Assembly: GCA_027306655.1 (NCBI GenBank)
Contig: DAHUZL010000053.1
Coordinates: 1-55,012 of the forward strand
DNA from: Candidatus Dormiibacterota bacterium
GTDB lineage: Bacteria > Chloroflexota > Dormibacteria > Aeolococcales > Bog-877
DNA length: 55,012 bases
Reading direction: 5' to 3'
This document shows, in pieces, positions 18,834-28,573 of this stretch (positions are counted from its first letter, which is position 1; each line of letters begins with the position of its first letter). Below the pieces are notes generated by a model. That model had not been told where the DNA came from. It saw only the letters and a list, made by a program, of their open reading frames with translations, and ran no database searches. A program made the position numbers and the translations under genes.

Positions 18834-20018
18834 TCAGCGAGGAACGAGGGTCTCCAGCTTCGCGACGACCTCCGCGGGTGCCGGCATCGAGTGGATTTGC
18901 TCCCCCAGCCGGGCCGCGGCAGCCCCGTAAGCCGGGTCGGCTCTGATGGCGCGGAGGGCGTCGCGTACTTCGATTCGGGAGATCGGTCGGGTTGGGCAGA
19001 TCGCGCCGGCTCCCGCCTGCACGATCTGGGCGGCGATCTCATGCTGATCGGCGGCGACGGGCGCCATCACCAACGGCTTCGCGTGCGCGAGGGAGCCCAG
19101 CACCGTCCCGGCCCCCGCGTTGCAGACGATCGCGTCGCAGTGAGGCAGGAGCGTGTCCTGAGGAATGTACCGCTCGATGCGCACGTGGTCCGGCTGCGGC
19201 CCCAAGCGGTCGCGATCCCCGTTCAGGCCGATGGTCACGACCACGTTCACACCCTCCCCGTGCAGAGCCTCGACCATTGTCTCCAGGCAACCGGGGGTGG
19301 TGTTGTGGGTGGTCCCGGCGGTCACGTAGACCGTCCGGTCGTAGGGCAGGCCATCGAGCACCGCCGGGCGCGGCCAGGGGTTCGACAGCGGCAGCGCGTG
19401 GTCGGGCCGCAGCGGCCAGCTGTTCGGGTACGCCCACGGCCCAGCCTGCGTGCGCGCACCCGCCGGCCAGATGTCCAAGTAGTTATCCGTGACGTGCGAG
19501 TCCGCGCGGGCGGCGTCCACGCCCCAGCGCGCGTGGAGCTTCCCGAGCGCCGCGCGGACGGCAGGACGCGACGCCTGGGACTTTGGCGGCCCGAAGCCGT
19601 GGACCACATGGGGCACCCCCACCACGGTGGCGGCAACCTCGCCGGCCCACTCGGCGAGGTTGCCGATGACCAGGTCCGGGCGCCACGCCTGCGCCAAGGG
19701 CACGAGATCATCGGCCATCTCGGGAGCGGCGATCCCGATCAGGGCGTGAAGCACGAGGTGTTCCAACCGCTGTCCCGGCGCCAGCCGGGCAAGGGTCTCC
19801 GCCGCAAAGGCGCGACCGTAGCGCCGGGCCAACTCGCCCGCGGGCAACCCCGCCGGTACCGCGGTGAGTCCGGCATCCTCGATCCACCGGACCGCATCGG
19901 GTCCGGTGACAAAGACGACCTCATGACCAGCGTGCGCGGCGGCCGCGGCCAAGGGCAGCATCGGCCCGATGTGGCTGCGCACCGGCAGCGAGGCAAAAAG
20001 GACACGCACGACCACCAT
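18834..20018 (-). CDS. GT1-family glycosyltransferase (MGT / UDP-glycosyltransferase-like)
   Basis: MVVVRVLFASLPVRSHIGPMLPLAAAA (GT-B N-domain). C-terminal nucleotide-sugar motif HCDAIVCNAGAGTVLGSLAHAKPLVMAPVAADQ. Confidence 0.8.
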   Translation of the reverse strand: MVVVRVLFASLPVRSHIGPMLPLAAAAAHAGHEVVFVTGPDAVRWIEDAGLTAVPAGLPAGELARRYGRAFAAETLARLAPGQRLEHLVLHALIGIAAPEMADDLVPLAQAWRPDLVIGNLAEWAGEVAATVVGVPHVVHGFGPPKSQASRPAVRAALGKLHARWGVDAARADSHVTDNYLDIWPAGARTQAGPWAYPNSWPLRPDHALPLSNPWPRPAVLDGLPYDRTVYVTAGTTHNTTPGCLETMVEALHGEGVNVVVTIGLNGDRDRLGPQPDHVRIERYIPQDTLLPHCDAIVCNAGAGTVLGSLAHAKPLVMAPVAADQHEIAAQIVQAGAGAICPTRPISRIEVRDALRAIRADPAYGAAAARLGEQIHSMPAPAEVVAKLETLVPR

Positions 20019-20110
20019 CCCCTGGTCGGGGCGCACGGCAGCCACCCTCGATCGATGAGTGTACCAGACCCTGCTCGGCCGGCGATCGGCGACGACGATG
20101 ACCCGACCGC

Positions 20111-21103
20111 TCAGGCCAGTGCGAGCAGGTCGCGCTCCCGGATCGGATCCAGGCCGACGCGCACGCGGAGCGCCGTGGGGGTGGCAAGCTCGTGCGTGTG
20201 GAGTTCGCGGATGGTCTGGGCGAGCGGGCGGGGCCGCAGCCCAGCCGCGATCGCACGGCTCGGGTCGAGCGCGCTGACATCGCGGTCGAGGTCCGTCCCC
20301 GCCCAGAGCGGCAGCTCCGCCGGCGTCATGCCGGCCTCGGCCAGCGGATCGGCGTCGACCCACACGAGCCGGGTCCCCGGCGGCCCCACCTCGCCGACCG
20401 CCGCCGTGAGGAAGTCCTCGAATGAGAAGGGTGGGGCTGGGCTGACGGTGTGGAACGTCCCATGCACCGCGCCATGGGCCAGCAGGACGACGAACGGCGC
20501 CAGATCGCGGGCGTCGATGACCTGGAACGGGTTGGCCCGCGGACCGGGTGCCAGCACCTGGCCTCCTCGGGCGACTCGCTCGATCCAATAGGTGAACCGT
20601 CCGGTGTGGTCGTGGGGGCCCACCACATAGGTCGGGCGGACGATGCTCACCGCGTCGATCGGGCCACTCCCGAAGGCCTCCCGAGCCGCCCGTTCGCAGA
20701 GTGCCTTCAGTCCGCCGTAGGTCTGCCCGTCGACGACCTCGGTGGCTGGGTCGTCGAGCTCCGCCAGCGGGGCGTCCTCGGTCATGGCCGGCCCGGTCGC
20801 ACCACCGTAGGCGGAGACCGACGAGATCTGCACGTAGCGCCCGCCCCGGCGGCCGAGCGCCGCCGCCAGCGTGCGGACCTGGCGCGGCACGTAGGCGGAC
20901 GTGTCGACGGTGGCATCCCACTCGCCCGCGGCGAGCGCCGAGAGATCGCGGTCGCGGTCCCCCCAGCGATGCTCCGCTTCGGCGAAGAGCTCCGGGTTGG
21001 TCCGGCCCCGGTGGAACAGCGTCACATCGTCGCCGGCGGCGAGCGCCGCCTCGACGATGTGGCGCCCCACGAATTGGGTCCCTCCGATCACCAGGATGCG
21101 CAT
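20111..21103 (-). CDS. NAD-dependent epimerase/dehydratase-family (atypical SDR) protein
   Basis: MRILVIGGTQFVGRHIV Rossmann motif. Start at the complement of 21101-21103. Confidence 0.75.
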   Translation of the reverse strand: MRILVIGGTQFVGRHIVEAALAAGDDVTLFHRGRTNPELFAEAEHRWGDRDRDLSALAAGEWDATVDTSAYVPRQVRTLAAALGRRGGRYVQISSVSAYGGATGPAMTEDAPLAELDDPATEVVDGQTYGGLKALCERAAREAFGSGPIDAVSIVRPTYVVGPHDHTGRFTYWIERVARGGQVLAPGPRANPFQVIDARDLAPFVVLLAHGAVHGTFHTVSPAPPFSFEDFLTAAVGEVGPPGTRLVWVDADPLAEAGMTPAELPLWAGTDLDRDVSALDPSRAIAAGLRPRPLAQTIRELHTHELATPTALRVRVGLDPIRERDLLALA

Positions 21104-21334
21104 CCGCCCATGATCAGCCGATGTGACCGCCGGTGGCAAGTCTCGCGGAGCCGCCGGGGGCGAGATCGGCGGCCTGCGCACACGCCAAGCGAGCGCTCGG
21201 GTCGGTGGACCGTCGGCGAATCACTGCCAGGGGGTTCGCCGACATCGGGAGCGTCCGCCGGCCTCGGCATCGCTGCGGCCGGGAACGGATAATGGGGCGT
21301 GCGGCCCTCCCTCGTGAGGGCCCCTATCGAGCAG

Positions 21335-22297
21335 ATGACCCATCTCGGCCGGTCCGGGCTGCAGGTGAGCCGCCGCTGCCTCCGGACCATGAACGTCGGC
21401 CTCACACCGAGGAGGCCGACGCCCACCGCCTGATGGATGAGGCGCTCGAGCTGGGCATCACCTTCTTCGACACCGCCAACGTTTACGGGTGGCGGAGGGG
21501 CGACGGGGTGACCGAGCAGATCATCGGGCGCTGGTTCGCCCAGGGCGGCGGACGTCGGGAGCGGACGGTGATCGCCACCAAGCTCTACGGCTCGATGAGC
21601 CACTGGCCCAACGACACCTTCTGCTCGGCGCGCACCATCCGCCAAGCCTGCGAGGGATCGCTGCGGCGACTGCGCAGCGACCATCTCGACCTCTACCAGA
21701 TGCACCACATCGACCGGGGCACCCCCTGGGAGGAGATCTGGCAGGCGATGGCCGTGCTGGTGCAGCAGGGGAAGGTGGTCTACATCGGCTCCTCCAACGT
21801 CGCCGGTTGGCACATCGCCCAGGCCCAGGAGGCAGTTCGGGCGCGCCCCGTCCAGGGACTGGTCGGCGAGCAGTCCCTCGACACCCCGCTCCGGCACACC
21901 GTCGAGCGGGAGGTGCTGCCCCCGTGCCAGGCGTACGGCGCCGGCTTCATCCCCTGGAGCCCGCTCGGCGCGGGGCTGCTCGGCGGCATCCTCGGCAAGG
22001 GCACCGAGGGGCGCTCCGCCGCGGAGAGCGCCCACGCCAAGCTGGCCCACCACCGCGAGCGGGTGGAGCGCGTCGAGGGCTGCTGCCGCGACTGGGGCGA
22101 GGAGCCGGCCACGGGGGCGCTCGCCTGGCTGCTGCAGCGGCCGGCGGTCACCGCTCCGATCATCAGGCCCCCGGGCCTCCGCCCAGCTGCAGGGGTCGCC
22201 GCGGGCGCTGGACATTACCCTCGATGCCGCCCAACTGGCGCGGGTGGACGAGCTCTTTCCCGGGCCGGGAGGGACCGCCCCCGAGGCCTACGCCTGG
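21335..22297 (+). pseudogene. Aldo/keto reductase, disrupted by two frameshifts and lacking the family-typical stop
   Basis: Three frames must be spliced to read a normal AKR. The first is MTHLGRSGLQVSRRCLRTMNVG, from ATG 21335. After a -1 shift near 21398-21402 comes PHTEEADAHRLMDEALELGITFFDTANVYG...ALAWLLQRPAVTAPII. An extra A at 22165 then leads to GPRASAQLQGSPRALDITLDAAQLARVDELFPGPGGTAPEAYAW. Family members normally stop right after ...AYAW; here TGG is followed by GAG and the frame stays open to 25066. Confidence 0.7.
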
Positions 22298-23208
22298 GAG
22301 CCGGCGGGAAGGCGGGCGACCGCCTCGGCGAGCGCGGCGGCCGACACGAGCCCGGCCCGCGCGCCCCTCGTCCGGGTGGCCAGCGCCCCCGCGGCCACCC
22401 CGTGGCGCACGGCCGTCTCCAGGGGGAGGCCCTCCGCCATCGCCACCGCGAGCGCGGCGACGAAGGCGTCGCCGGCGCCCACGCTGTCCGCGACCGCGAC
22501 CGGGAGCGCGGGCTGGCTCCAGGCCGGCCGGCCCCGGCGCCGCAGCTCCGCTCCCCCGGCCCCGCGGGTGACCACCACCGCCCCGACCCCCAGGGCCAGC
22601 AGGTCCGCCGCCGACCCCGCGCCCAGCCGGTCGAGCTCGTGCTGGTTGGGGACCAGCACCGCGCAGCGTCGGAGCAGGCCGGACGGCAGCGGCCGCGCCG
22701 GGGCGGGGTTGAGGACGAAGGCGGAGCCGGCGGCCCGGGCGGCCTCGGCCGCGGCCTCGACCGCCTCGAGAGGCACCTCCAGGTCCGCCACCACCACGCT
22801 GGCGGGGCCGGCCAGTGCCCTGACCGCCTGGAGGACCGCCGGGGCCGTCAGCGCCCCGTTCGCCCCCGGGGCCACCGCGATGCAGTTCTCCCCGGCCGGG
22901 TCCACCCACACGCAGGCGGTGCCGGTCGGCAGAGGGGCGGTCGCGAGGTGGTCGACGTCGACGCCGGCCCGGACCAGCTCCTCCCGCAGCTCGCGGCCGG
23001 CGTCGTCATCGCCGACCGCCCCGACCAGGGCGGTCGAGGCGCCCAGCCGCGCCGACCCCACCGCGCGGTTCGCCCCCTTGCCACCGTGGCCGCGCTCGAG
23101 AACGCCGCCGCTCACCGTCTCCCCCGGCCCCGGCAGCCGGGGCAGGCGGACGACCAGGTCCACGTTGGCCGAGCCGACGTGGATGACGGCCGCCCTCCCC
23201 GAGCTCAT
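22288..23208 (-). CDS. rbsK: Ribokinase
   Basis: VIHVGSANVDLV, GGKGANRAV and the C-terminal DSVGAGDAF anion-hole motif. Start MSSGRAAV at the complement of 23206-23208. Confidence 0.85.
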   Translation of the reverse strand: MSSGRAAVIHVGSANVDLVVRLPRLPGPGETVSGGVLERGHGGKGANRAVGSARLGASTALVGAVGDDDAGRELREELVRAGVDVDHLATAPLPTGTACVWVDPAGENCIAVAPGANGALTAPAVLQAVRALAGPASVVVADLEVPLEAVEAAAEAARAAGSAFVLNPAPARPLPSGLLRRCAVLVPNQHELDRLGAGSAADLLALGVGAVVVTRGAGGAELRRRGRPAWSQPALPVAVADSVGAGDAFVAALAVAMAEGLPLETAVRHGVAAGALATRTRGARAGLVSAAALAEAVARLPAGSQA

Positions 23209-23233
23209 GCCCCGGGCCGCCGGCGCACGCCGC

Positions 23234-23947
23234 TCAGCGGCCGGGCGGCGCCGCCTCGGACGCCAGGGGGACCGCACCGATGGCGGGGTGACCGACCCGG
23301 CCCAGGGAGAGGAAGCCCAGGAACATCACGGCGATGCCGATCGCCTCGGCGGTGCTGAGCTGGCCCAGGGTGCCCCCGGCGGTCTTGGCGACGGAGAAGC
23401 CGAGGGCGATGACCAGCGCCCCGGCGGTGAGGAGGACGTTGCAGAGGACCCGGTCCACGCCCTGGCGGCGCCGGATGAAGCCCCAGGCGGAGAAGGCGGA
23501 CCCGCCCACCAGCACCACCGTGCCGACGATGTTGAAGAGGACGGCCGCGATCACGAGCGGGCTGCCGGTCTGGGCGATCGCACGGCCCAGGACCCCGGCC
23601 GGGGTCGCCAGGCGGGCGGGGTCGACCGGGACCAGGGCGGCGTCGACGGCCAGGAGCAGGGTGAGCCCGACCAGGACGGCGGCGCTGACGCGGCCCACCC
23701 GGGGCGGGGCGAGCAGGAAGACCGTCCCCAGGGCGAGGTAGATGACGCCCAGCACGCCGCCGAGGAGGTAGAACGCGCGGAACAGGGCCGGCGTGAATCC
23801 GGCCGCCTCCCCGGCCGCCTGCACCGCCGCCGCGGCGGAGAAGATCGCCAGCCCGACCGCCCAGGCGGCGAAGGCCGGACGGTGCGAGCGGAGCCAGCGG
23901 CCGGCCACCACCCCCGCGAAGGCGGCGGCGAGCGCCGCCGCCAGCAC
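23234..23947 (-). CDS. Polytopic membrane protein (~7 TM), unknown function
   Basis: Continuous hydrophobic helices (AVGLAIFSAAAAVQAA, FYLLGGVLGVIYLALGTVFLL, VIAAVLFNIVGTVVLVGG...). Proposed GTG start at the complement of 23945-23947, preceded by GGAG with a 5-nt spacer. It lies 25 nt upstream of rbsK. Confidence 0.55.
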   Translation of the reverse strand: MLAAALAAAFAGVVAGRWLRSHRPAFAAWAVGLAIFSAAAAVQAAGEAAGFTPALFRAFYLLGGVLGVIYLALGTVFLLAPPRVGRVSAAVLVGLTLLLAVDAALVPVDPARLATPAGVLGRAIAQTGSPLVIAAVLFNIVGTVVLVGGSAFSAWGFIRRRQGVDRVLCNVLLTAGALVIALGFSVAKTAGGTLGQLSTAEAIGIAVMFLGFLSLGRVGHPAIGAVPLASEAAPPGR

Positions 23948-24100
23948 CGTGACTCCGACCGTCTCCCGTCCTCCCTGGCCCGCCCGGCCGACTCCCGAGA
24001 CCGCTCCCGCTCCGCTCCCCGCCCGCGCCGGAGACGGCCGGATGGCGTGGGGCGAGGGTACCACCGCGGCGGGCCCCGCCCGGGGCGCCAAGATGGGGAG

Positions 24101-25066
24101 ATGCGGTGGGTGGAGGTGGACGGCCGCCGGGTCTCGGTGATCGGCCTCGGGTGCTGGCAGTTCGGCACCCGGGGCTGGGGATACGGGACGGTCTTCGGGG
24201 AGCGGGAGGCGCACGCGATCGTGGAGCGCGCCCTGGAGCTCGGGGTCACCCTGTTCGACACCGCCGAGCTCTACGGCCGCGGCGCCAGCGAGCGGATCCT
24301 GGGAAAGGCGCTGGGCGACCGGGTGGACTCGGTCTTCCTCGCCACCAAGTTCCTCCCGCTGCTGCCCACCCCGCGACGTCTGGTCGCCCACTGCGAGGCC
24401 AGCCTGCGCCGGCTCGGGGCCGAGCGCGTCGCCCTCTACCAGCTCCACCTCCCCAATCCCCTCGTGCCCCTGGGCCGGCAGATGGAGGGGATGCGGCGGG
24501 TGCTGGACCGGGGCCTGGCCGCCCATGCCGGCGTCAGCAACTACTCCCGCCACCGCTGGCTGGCGGCCGATCGGGCGCTGGGCCGGCCGGTGCTCGCCAA
24601 CCAGGTCCGCTACAACCTGCTCCAGCGCGGGGCGGAGCGCGACCTGGTCCCGTTCGCCGCCCGCGAGGGCCGCCTGGTGGTGGCCTACAGCCCCCTCGCC
24701 CAGGGGCTCCTCGGGGGTCGCTACGGGCCGGACACCCTCCCCGTCGACCTGCGCCGCCGCAACCCCCTCTTCACTCCCGCCAACCTGGCCCGGGCCGAGG
24801 TGCTGCTGGACACGCTCCGCCGGGTGGCATCGGGCCACGGGGCGACCCCGGGCCAGGTCGCGCTGGCGTACCTCTGCGCCCAGCCGCCGGTGGTGGTGAT
24901 CCCGGGGGCGCGATCGGTCGCCCAGATCGAGGAGAGCGCGGCCGCCGCCGACCTCCGCCTCAGCCCGGACGAGCTGGGCCGACTGCGCGCCGCCGCCGCC
25001 GCCTTCGTTCCGGACCGGCGGAGGGCCCTCGCCCAGCGGGTCACCCGGATGGCTCAGCGGCGCTGA
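24101..25066 (+). CDS. Aldo/keto reductase (intact)
   Basis: MRWVEVDGRRVSVIGLGCWQFG...LFDTAELYG...LATKF...LYQLH carries the AKR catalytic D/Y/K/H context. GGGGAG sits immediately upstream of ATG 24101. The 3' end overlaps the convergent DedA gene by 13 nt. Confidence 0.85.
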   Translation: MRWVEVDGRRVSVIGLGCWQFGTRGWGYGTVFGEREAHAIVERALELGVTLFDTAELYGRGASERILGKALGDRVDSVFLATKFLPLLPTPRRLVAHCEASLRRLGAERVALYQLHLPNPLVPLGRQMEGMRRVLDRGLAAHAGVSNYSRHRWLAADRALGRPVLANQVRYNLLQRGAERDLVPFAAREGRLVVAYSPLAQGLLGGRYGPDTLPVDLRRRNPLFTPANLARAEVLLDTLRRVASGHGATPGQVALAYLCAQPPVVVIPGARSVAQIEESAAAADLRLSPDELGRLRAAAAAFVPDRRRALAQRVTRMAQRR

Positions 25067-25728
25067 TCCCGGTCAATGGGAGTCGCCGCCGCCGCCTGTG
25101 CCGGCGGGGACGGGCCCTCCGGCCCCACCAGCCAGCGCTCGAGGCGGCCCTCCAGCCGGCGGCGCCCGAGGACCCACGCGATCACCAGCGCGAGGACGAG
25201 GACGCCGACCACCGCCAGCCCCACCGTGGCGACCGTCCGGAGGCTGCCCTGGGCGGTGTGCCCGAGCACGTCCGCGAGCCCGCCATAGAGGCCCGCCCAG
25301 GTGCAGCCCCCGAGGGCGTTGAAGAGGAGGAACCGGCGGTAGCGCATCCGGGCGGCGCCCGCCACCAGGGCGGTGAGGTTGCGCAGCACCGTGACGAAGC
25401 GGGCGAGGAAGACGGCCGCCGGTCCGCGCCGGTCGAAGAACCGCTCGACCAGGCGGACCCGCCTCTCGGTGAGGCCGATCCAGCGGCCCGGGCCGAGCAG
25501 GAGGGGTCGGCCCCCGACCCGGCCGATCAGGTACCCGAGGGTGTCGCCGAGGATCGCCCCGAGGGCGGCCGCGACCACCACCCCCAGGATGCTGAGGCGG
25601 CCGGTGGTGCCGGCGTAGACGCCGGCGGCGAGCAGGACGGTCTCCCCCGGGACGGGGAGGCCCATGCTCTCCAGCAGGGGGAGGGCGAAGACGATGAGGT
25701 AGCCGTAGCTGTGGACGAGGTGGGTCAC
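25054..25728 (-). CDS. DedA-family (VTT/SNARE-associated domain) membrane protein
   Basis: YGYLIVFALPLLESMGLPVPGETVLLAAG...FFDRRGPAAVFLARFVTVLR is the canonical DedA pattern. The GTG start overlaps the DUF72 stop (GTGA at 25725-25728). Confidence 0.8.
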   Translation of the reverse strand: MTHLVHSYGYLIVFALPLLESMGLPVPGETVLLAAGVYAGTTGRLSILGVVVAAALGAILGDTLGYLIGRVGGRPLLLGPGRWIGLTERRVRLVERFFDRRGPAAVFLARFVTVLRNLTALVAGAARMRYRRFLLFNALGGCTWAGLYGGLADVLGHTAQGSLRTVATVGLAVVGVLVLALVIAWVLGRRRLEGRLERWLVGPEGPSPPAQAAAATPIDRDQRR

Positions 25729-26621
25729 GGATCCCGGGCGTCCACCGCCAGCGGCAGCTCCGGCTGCCCCGGCGGCCGGTCGGCCCCGAGACGGGGCCGG
25801 GCCAGGCCGAGCAGCGCCGCCAGCTCGAGGGCGTTCAGGACGGCGTAGTTCTGCTGGTTGTTGTTGAAGAGCAGGTGGACCTCCTGGGCCTGGTCGCCGA
25901 TCTCCCGGATCGGCCCCAGCCACTCGCCGAGCTCCTCGGGGCGGTAGCGGTAGTCGAAGCGGTCGCCCGACCGCGGCCCGCCGCGGTACCAGGTCTGGCG
26001 GTTGCGGCCATGGAAGCGCACCATCGCCAGCTCCGGCGTGGTCACCGCCCGCACCGGGGGCATCGAGCCGGACCCGATCTGGGGCTCGTCGACGCAGCAG
26101 TAGGTGAGCCGTGCCTCCGCCAGGAGCTCGGACACCTGCGCCCACCGCTCCGGCTCGCCGAAGGAGCGGTGACGGAACTCGACCGCGATCCGGTCGTCGG
26201 GATGGCGCTCCGGAAGCTCGGCGAGCCGGGCCAGGTTGGGGGCGGAGGCGGTGAACCAGGGTGGGAACTGGTAGTGGATCGCCCGCAGCTTCCCCGAGGC
26301 CCGGAGCGGGGCCAGGGCCGCCTCGAAGGCGGTCAGCTCCCCCGCGGTGGGCGGGCGCGGGAGTCCGTCCACCCGCTCGTGGCCGGTCATGCTGCGGTGG
26401 GCCTTGACGTTGAAGACGAAGTCGTCAGGGGTGGTCTCCGCCCAGCGCTGGGTGCTGCGCGGCGAGGGAATGCCGTAGAAGGAGCTGTCCACCTCCACGA
26501 TCGGGAAGAGGGCCGCGTAGTGCCCGAGCCGCTCCGTCGGGGCCAGACCCTTGGGATAGAACGGGGCGTGGTCGGCCCAGTTGCAGGTGCCGACGAGGAC
26601 GCGGGGCGCCATCGCCGCCAT
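25725..26621 (-). CDS. DUF72 (YecE/UPF0759) family protein
   Basis: VLVGTCNWADH...FYP...LGHYAALFPIVEVDSSFYG...FVFNVKAH...YQFPPWF is the typical DUF72 signature. Confidence 0.8.
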   Translation of the reverse strand: MAAMAPRVLVGTCNWADHAPFYPKGLAPTERLGHYAALFPIVEVDSSFYGIPSPRSTQRWAETTPDDFVFNVKAHRSMTGHERVDGLPRPPTAGELTAFEAALAPLRASGKLRAIHYQFPPWFTASAPNLARLAELPERHPDDRIAVEFRHRSFGEPERWAQVSELLAEARLTYCCVDEPQIGSGSMPPVRAVTTPELAMVRFHGRNRQTWYRGGPRSGDRFDYRYRPEELGEWLGPIREIGDQAQEVHLLFNNNQQNYAVLNALELAALLGLARPRLGADRPPGQPELPLAVDARDP

Positions 26622-26668
26622 CGTCGCACGGCACGGCCGCCCCGCCCCCGGGGGTACGATGGGTCGGG

Positions 26669-28573
26669 ATGCCTCACTCGAACGGGCGGGGGGCCGCCGG
26701 TCCGCCCCACGGCGCCGGGGCCCCGCCCCGCGTCAACGACTTCACCGTGACCGCCGCCACCGTCAACGGCTCGGGGAGCCAGTCGGCCAACCTCGTCCTC
26801 ACCCGGGCCCTCTTCGCGATGGGGATCCCGGTCGCCCCCAAGAACGTCTTCCCCTCCAACATCGAGGGGCTGCCGACCTGGTTCAGCGTCCGGCTGTCGC
26901 CCGAGGGCTACCAGGCGCGCCGCGCCCGCACCGACGTCCTGGTCGCGCTCAACCCCCAGACCTGGCTCCAGGACCTGGCCCGGGTGGCACCCGGGGGGAT
27001 GGTGGTCCACGAGGAGCAGCTGGCCCGGGGCGGAGCGGTGTCGCGCGACGACTGCACCTGCTACCCGGTCCCCTTCCAGCGCCTCGCCAAGGAGCACGCG
27101 GCCGAGCCCGAGCTGCGCAAGTACCTCACCAACATGATCTACGTCGGCGTCCTCGCCGAGCTGCTCGGGATCGAGGACGAGGCGCTCGGGATCGCCCTCG
27201 ACGCCCAGTTCCGCCGCAAGCCCCGGGCCCGGACCTCGAACCTGGCGGCGATCGAGCTCGGTCGCGCCCACGTTCGCCAAGCGCTGCCCACGCAGGACCG
27301 CTTCCGGGTGGAGCGTCTGGACCGAACCCGGGACGAGATCCTTGTGGAGGGCAACCAGGCGAGCGCTCTCGGCTGTTTGATGGGCGGCTGCAGCGTCCTC
27401 GCCTGGTACCCGATCACGCCGTCGTCGTCCCTGTGCGAGCATCTGATCGCGCTCGCCGACCGCTACCGCACCGATCCCGCCACCGGCGAGCGGCGGATCG
27501 CCACCGTCCAGGCCGAGGACGAGCTGGCCGCGATCGGGGTGGTCCTCGGCGCCGGCTGGGCGGGGGCGCGGGCGATGACCTCGACCTCGGGGCCGGGGAT
27601 CTCCCTCATGGCCGAGTTCATCGGATTCGGCTATTTCGCCGAGGTGCCGGCGGTCGTCTTCGACGTCCAGCGGGTCGGCCCCTCGACCGGTCTGCCCACC
27701 CGAACCATGCAGGGCGATCTCGCCTTCGCCTACACCCTCTCTCACGGCGACACCCGCCACCCGGTGCTGCTCCCCGGCTCCGTCGCCGAGTGCTACGAGC
27801 ACGCCCAGCTCGCCTTCGACCTCGCCGACCGGTTCCAGACCCCGGTCTTCGTCCTCACCGACCTCGACCTCGGCATGAATCTCTGGCGCACCCAGCCCCT
27901 CCGCTACCCGGAGCGGCCGTACGACCGCGGCAAGGTGCTGACCGCGGCTGACCTGGAGCGGCTGGGCGGCCACTTCCAGCGCTACGCCGACGTGGACGGG
28001 GACGCGATCCCCCACCGGACCCTGCCCGGGACCGACCACCCCGGGGCCGGATACTTCACCCGCGGCTCCGGCCACGACGACCAGGCGCGCTACACCGAGA
28101 GCCCGGAGGCCTACCGCCGCACCATGGAGCGGCTCCAGCGCAAGCTGGAGACGATTCGGCGGATGATGCCGGCCCCGGTCGTGGACGAGCAGGGGGCGGA
28201 GGTGGGACTGGTCGCGTTCGGCAGCAGCGACGCGGCGGTGGTGGAGGCCCGCGACGTCCTCCGCGAGCAGGGGCTGGCCACCGACTACCTGCGCCTGCGG
28301 GCGCTGCCGGTGCACGACGACGTGGCCGGCTTCGTCGCCCGCCACCCGCGCGTCTACGTGGTCGAGCAGAACCGCGACGGCCAGTGCTTCACGATCCTCC
28401 GCGGCGAGCTGCCGGCCGAGCTCGGCCCGCGGCTCCGCTCGATCCGCTACTTCGACGGGGAGCCGCTTCCGGCCGAGGCCGTGGTCGAGCCGCTGCGCGA
28501 GCAGGAGATGTCTCGGCGCCGGGCGGACGCCCGGGGCCGGTCGCTCGCCGCCGCCACCGGTCCCGCCGCATGA
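26669..28573 (+). CDS. korA: 2-oxoacid:ferredoxin oxidoreductase, alpha subunit (gamma domain fused at the N-terminus)
   Basis: NDFTVTAATVNGSGSQSAN (gamma-like domain), then EGNQASALGCLMGGCSVLAWYPITPSS and TSTSGPGISLMAE (pyrimidine-binding domain). Confidence 0.85.
   Translation: MPHSNGRGAAGPPHGAGAPPRVNDFTVTAATVNGSGSQSANLVLTRALFAMGIPVAPKNVFPSNIEGLPTWFSVRLSPEGYQARRARTDVLVALNPQTWLQDLARVAPGGMVVHEEQLARGGAVSRDDCTCYPVPFQRLAKEHAAEPELRKYLTNMIYVGVLAELLGIEDEALGIALDAQFRRKPRARTSNLAAIELGRAHVRQALPTQDRFRVERLDRTRDEILVEGNQASALGCLMGGCSVLAWYPITPSSSLCEHLIALADRYRTDPATGERRIATVQAEDELAAIGVVLGAGWAGARAMTSTSGPGISLMAEFIGFGYFAEVPAVVFDVQRVGPSTGLPTRTMQGDLAFAYTLSHGDTRHPVLLPGSVAECYEHAQLAFDLADRFQTPVFVLTDLDLGMNLWRTQPLRYPERPYDRGKVLTAADLERLGGHFQRYADVDGDAIPHRTLPGTDHPGAGYFTRGSGHDDQARYTESPEAYRRTMERLQRKLETIRRMMPAPVVDEQGAEVGLVAFGSSDAAVVEARDVLREQGLATDYLRLRALPVHDDVAGFVARHPRVYVVEQNRDGQCFTILRGELPAELGPRLRSIRYFDGEPLPAEAVVEPLREQEMSRRRADARGRSLAAATGPAA

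Noticed and set aside
21398-22165. I considered dismissing the AKR frameshifts as sequencing or assembly errors.
   Set aside because: I could not dismiss them. Two indels, altered conserved motifs and a missing stop occur in one gene, while all other genes are intact, which favours genuine decay. Read-level verification is still required, so this is reported as a pseudogene with moderate confidence rather than rejected.
21133-25066. The giant ORFs 21133-23358(+) and 22244-25066(+) looked like single large genes.
   Set aside because: They are composites. The first is the middle frame of the AKR pseudogene followed by rbsK antisense. The second is the AKR pseudogene tail, then antisense of rbsK and the membrane protein, and only from 24101 the genuine intact AKR.
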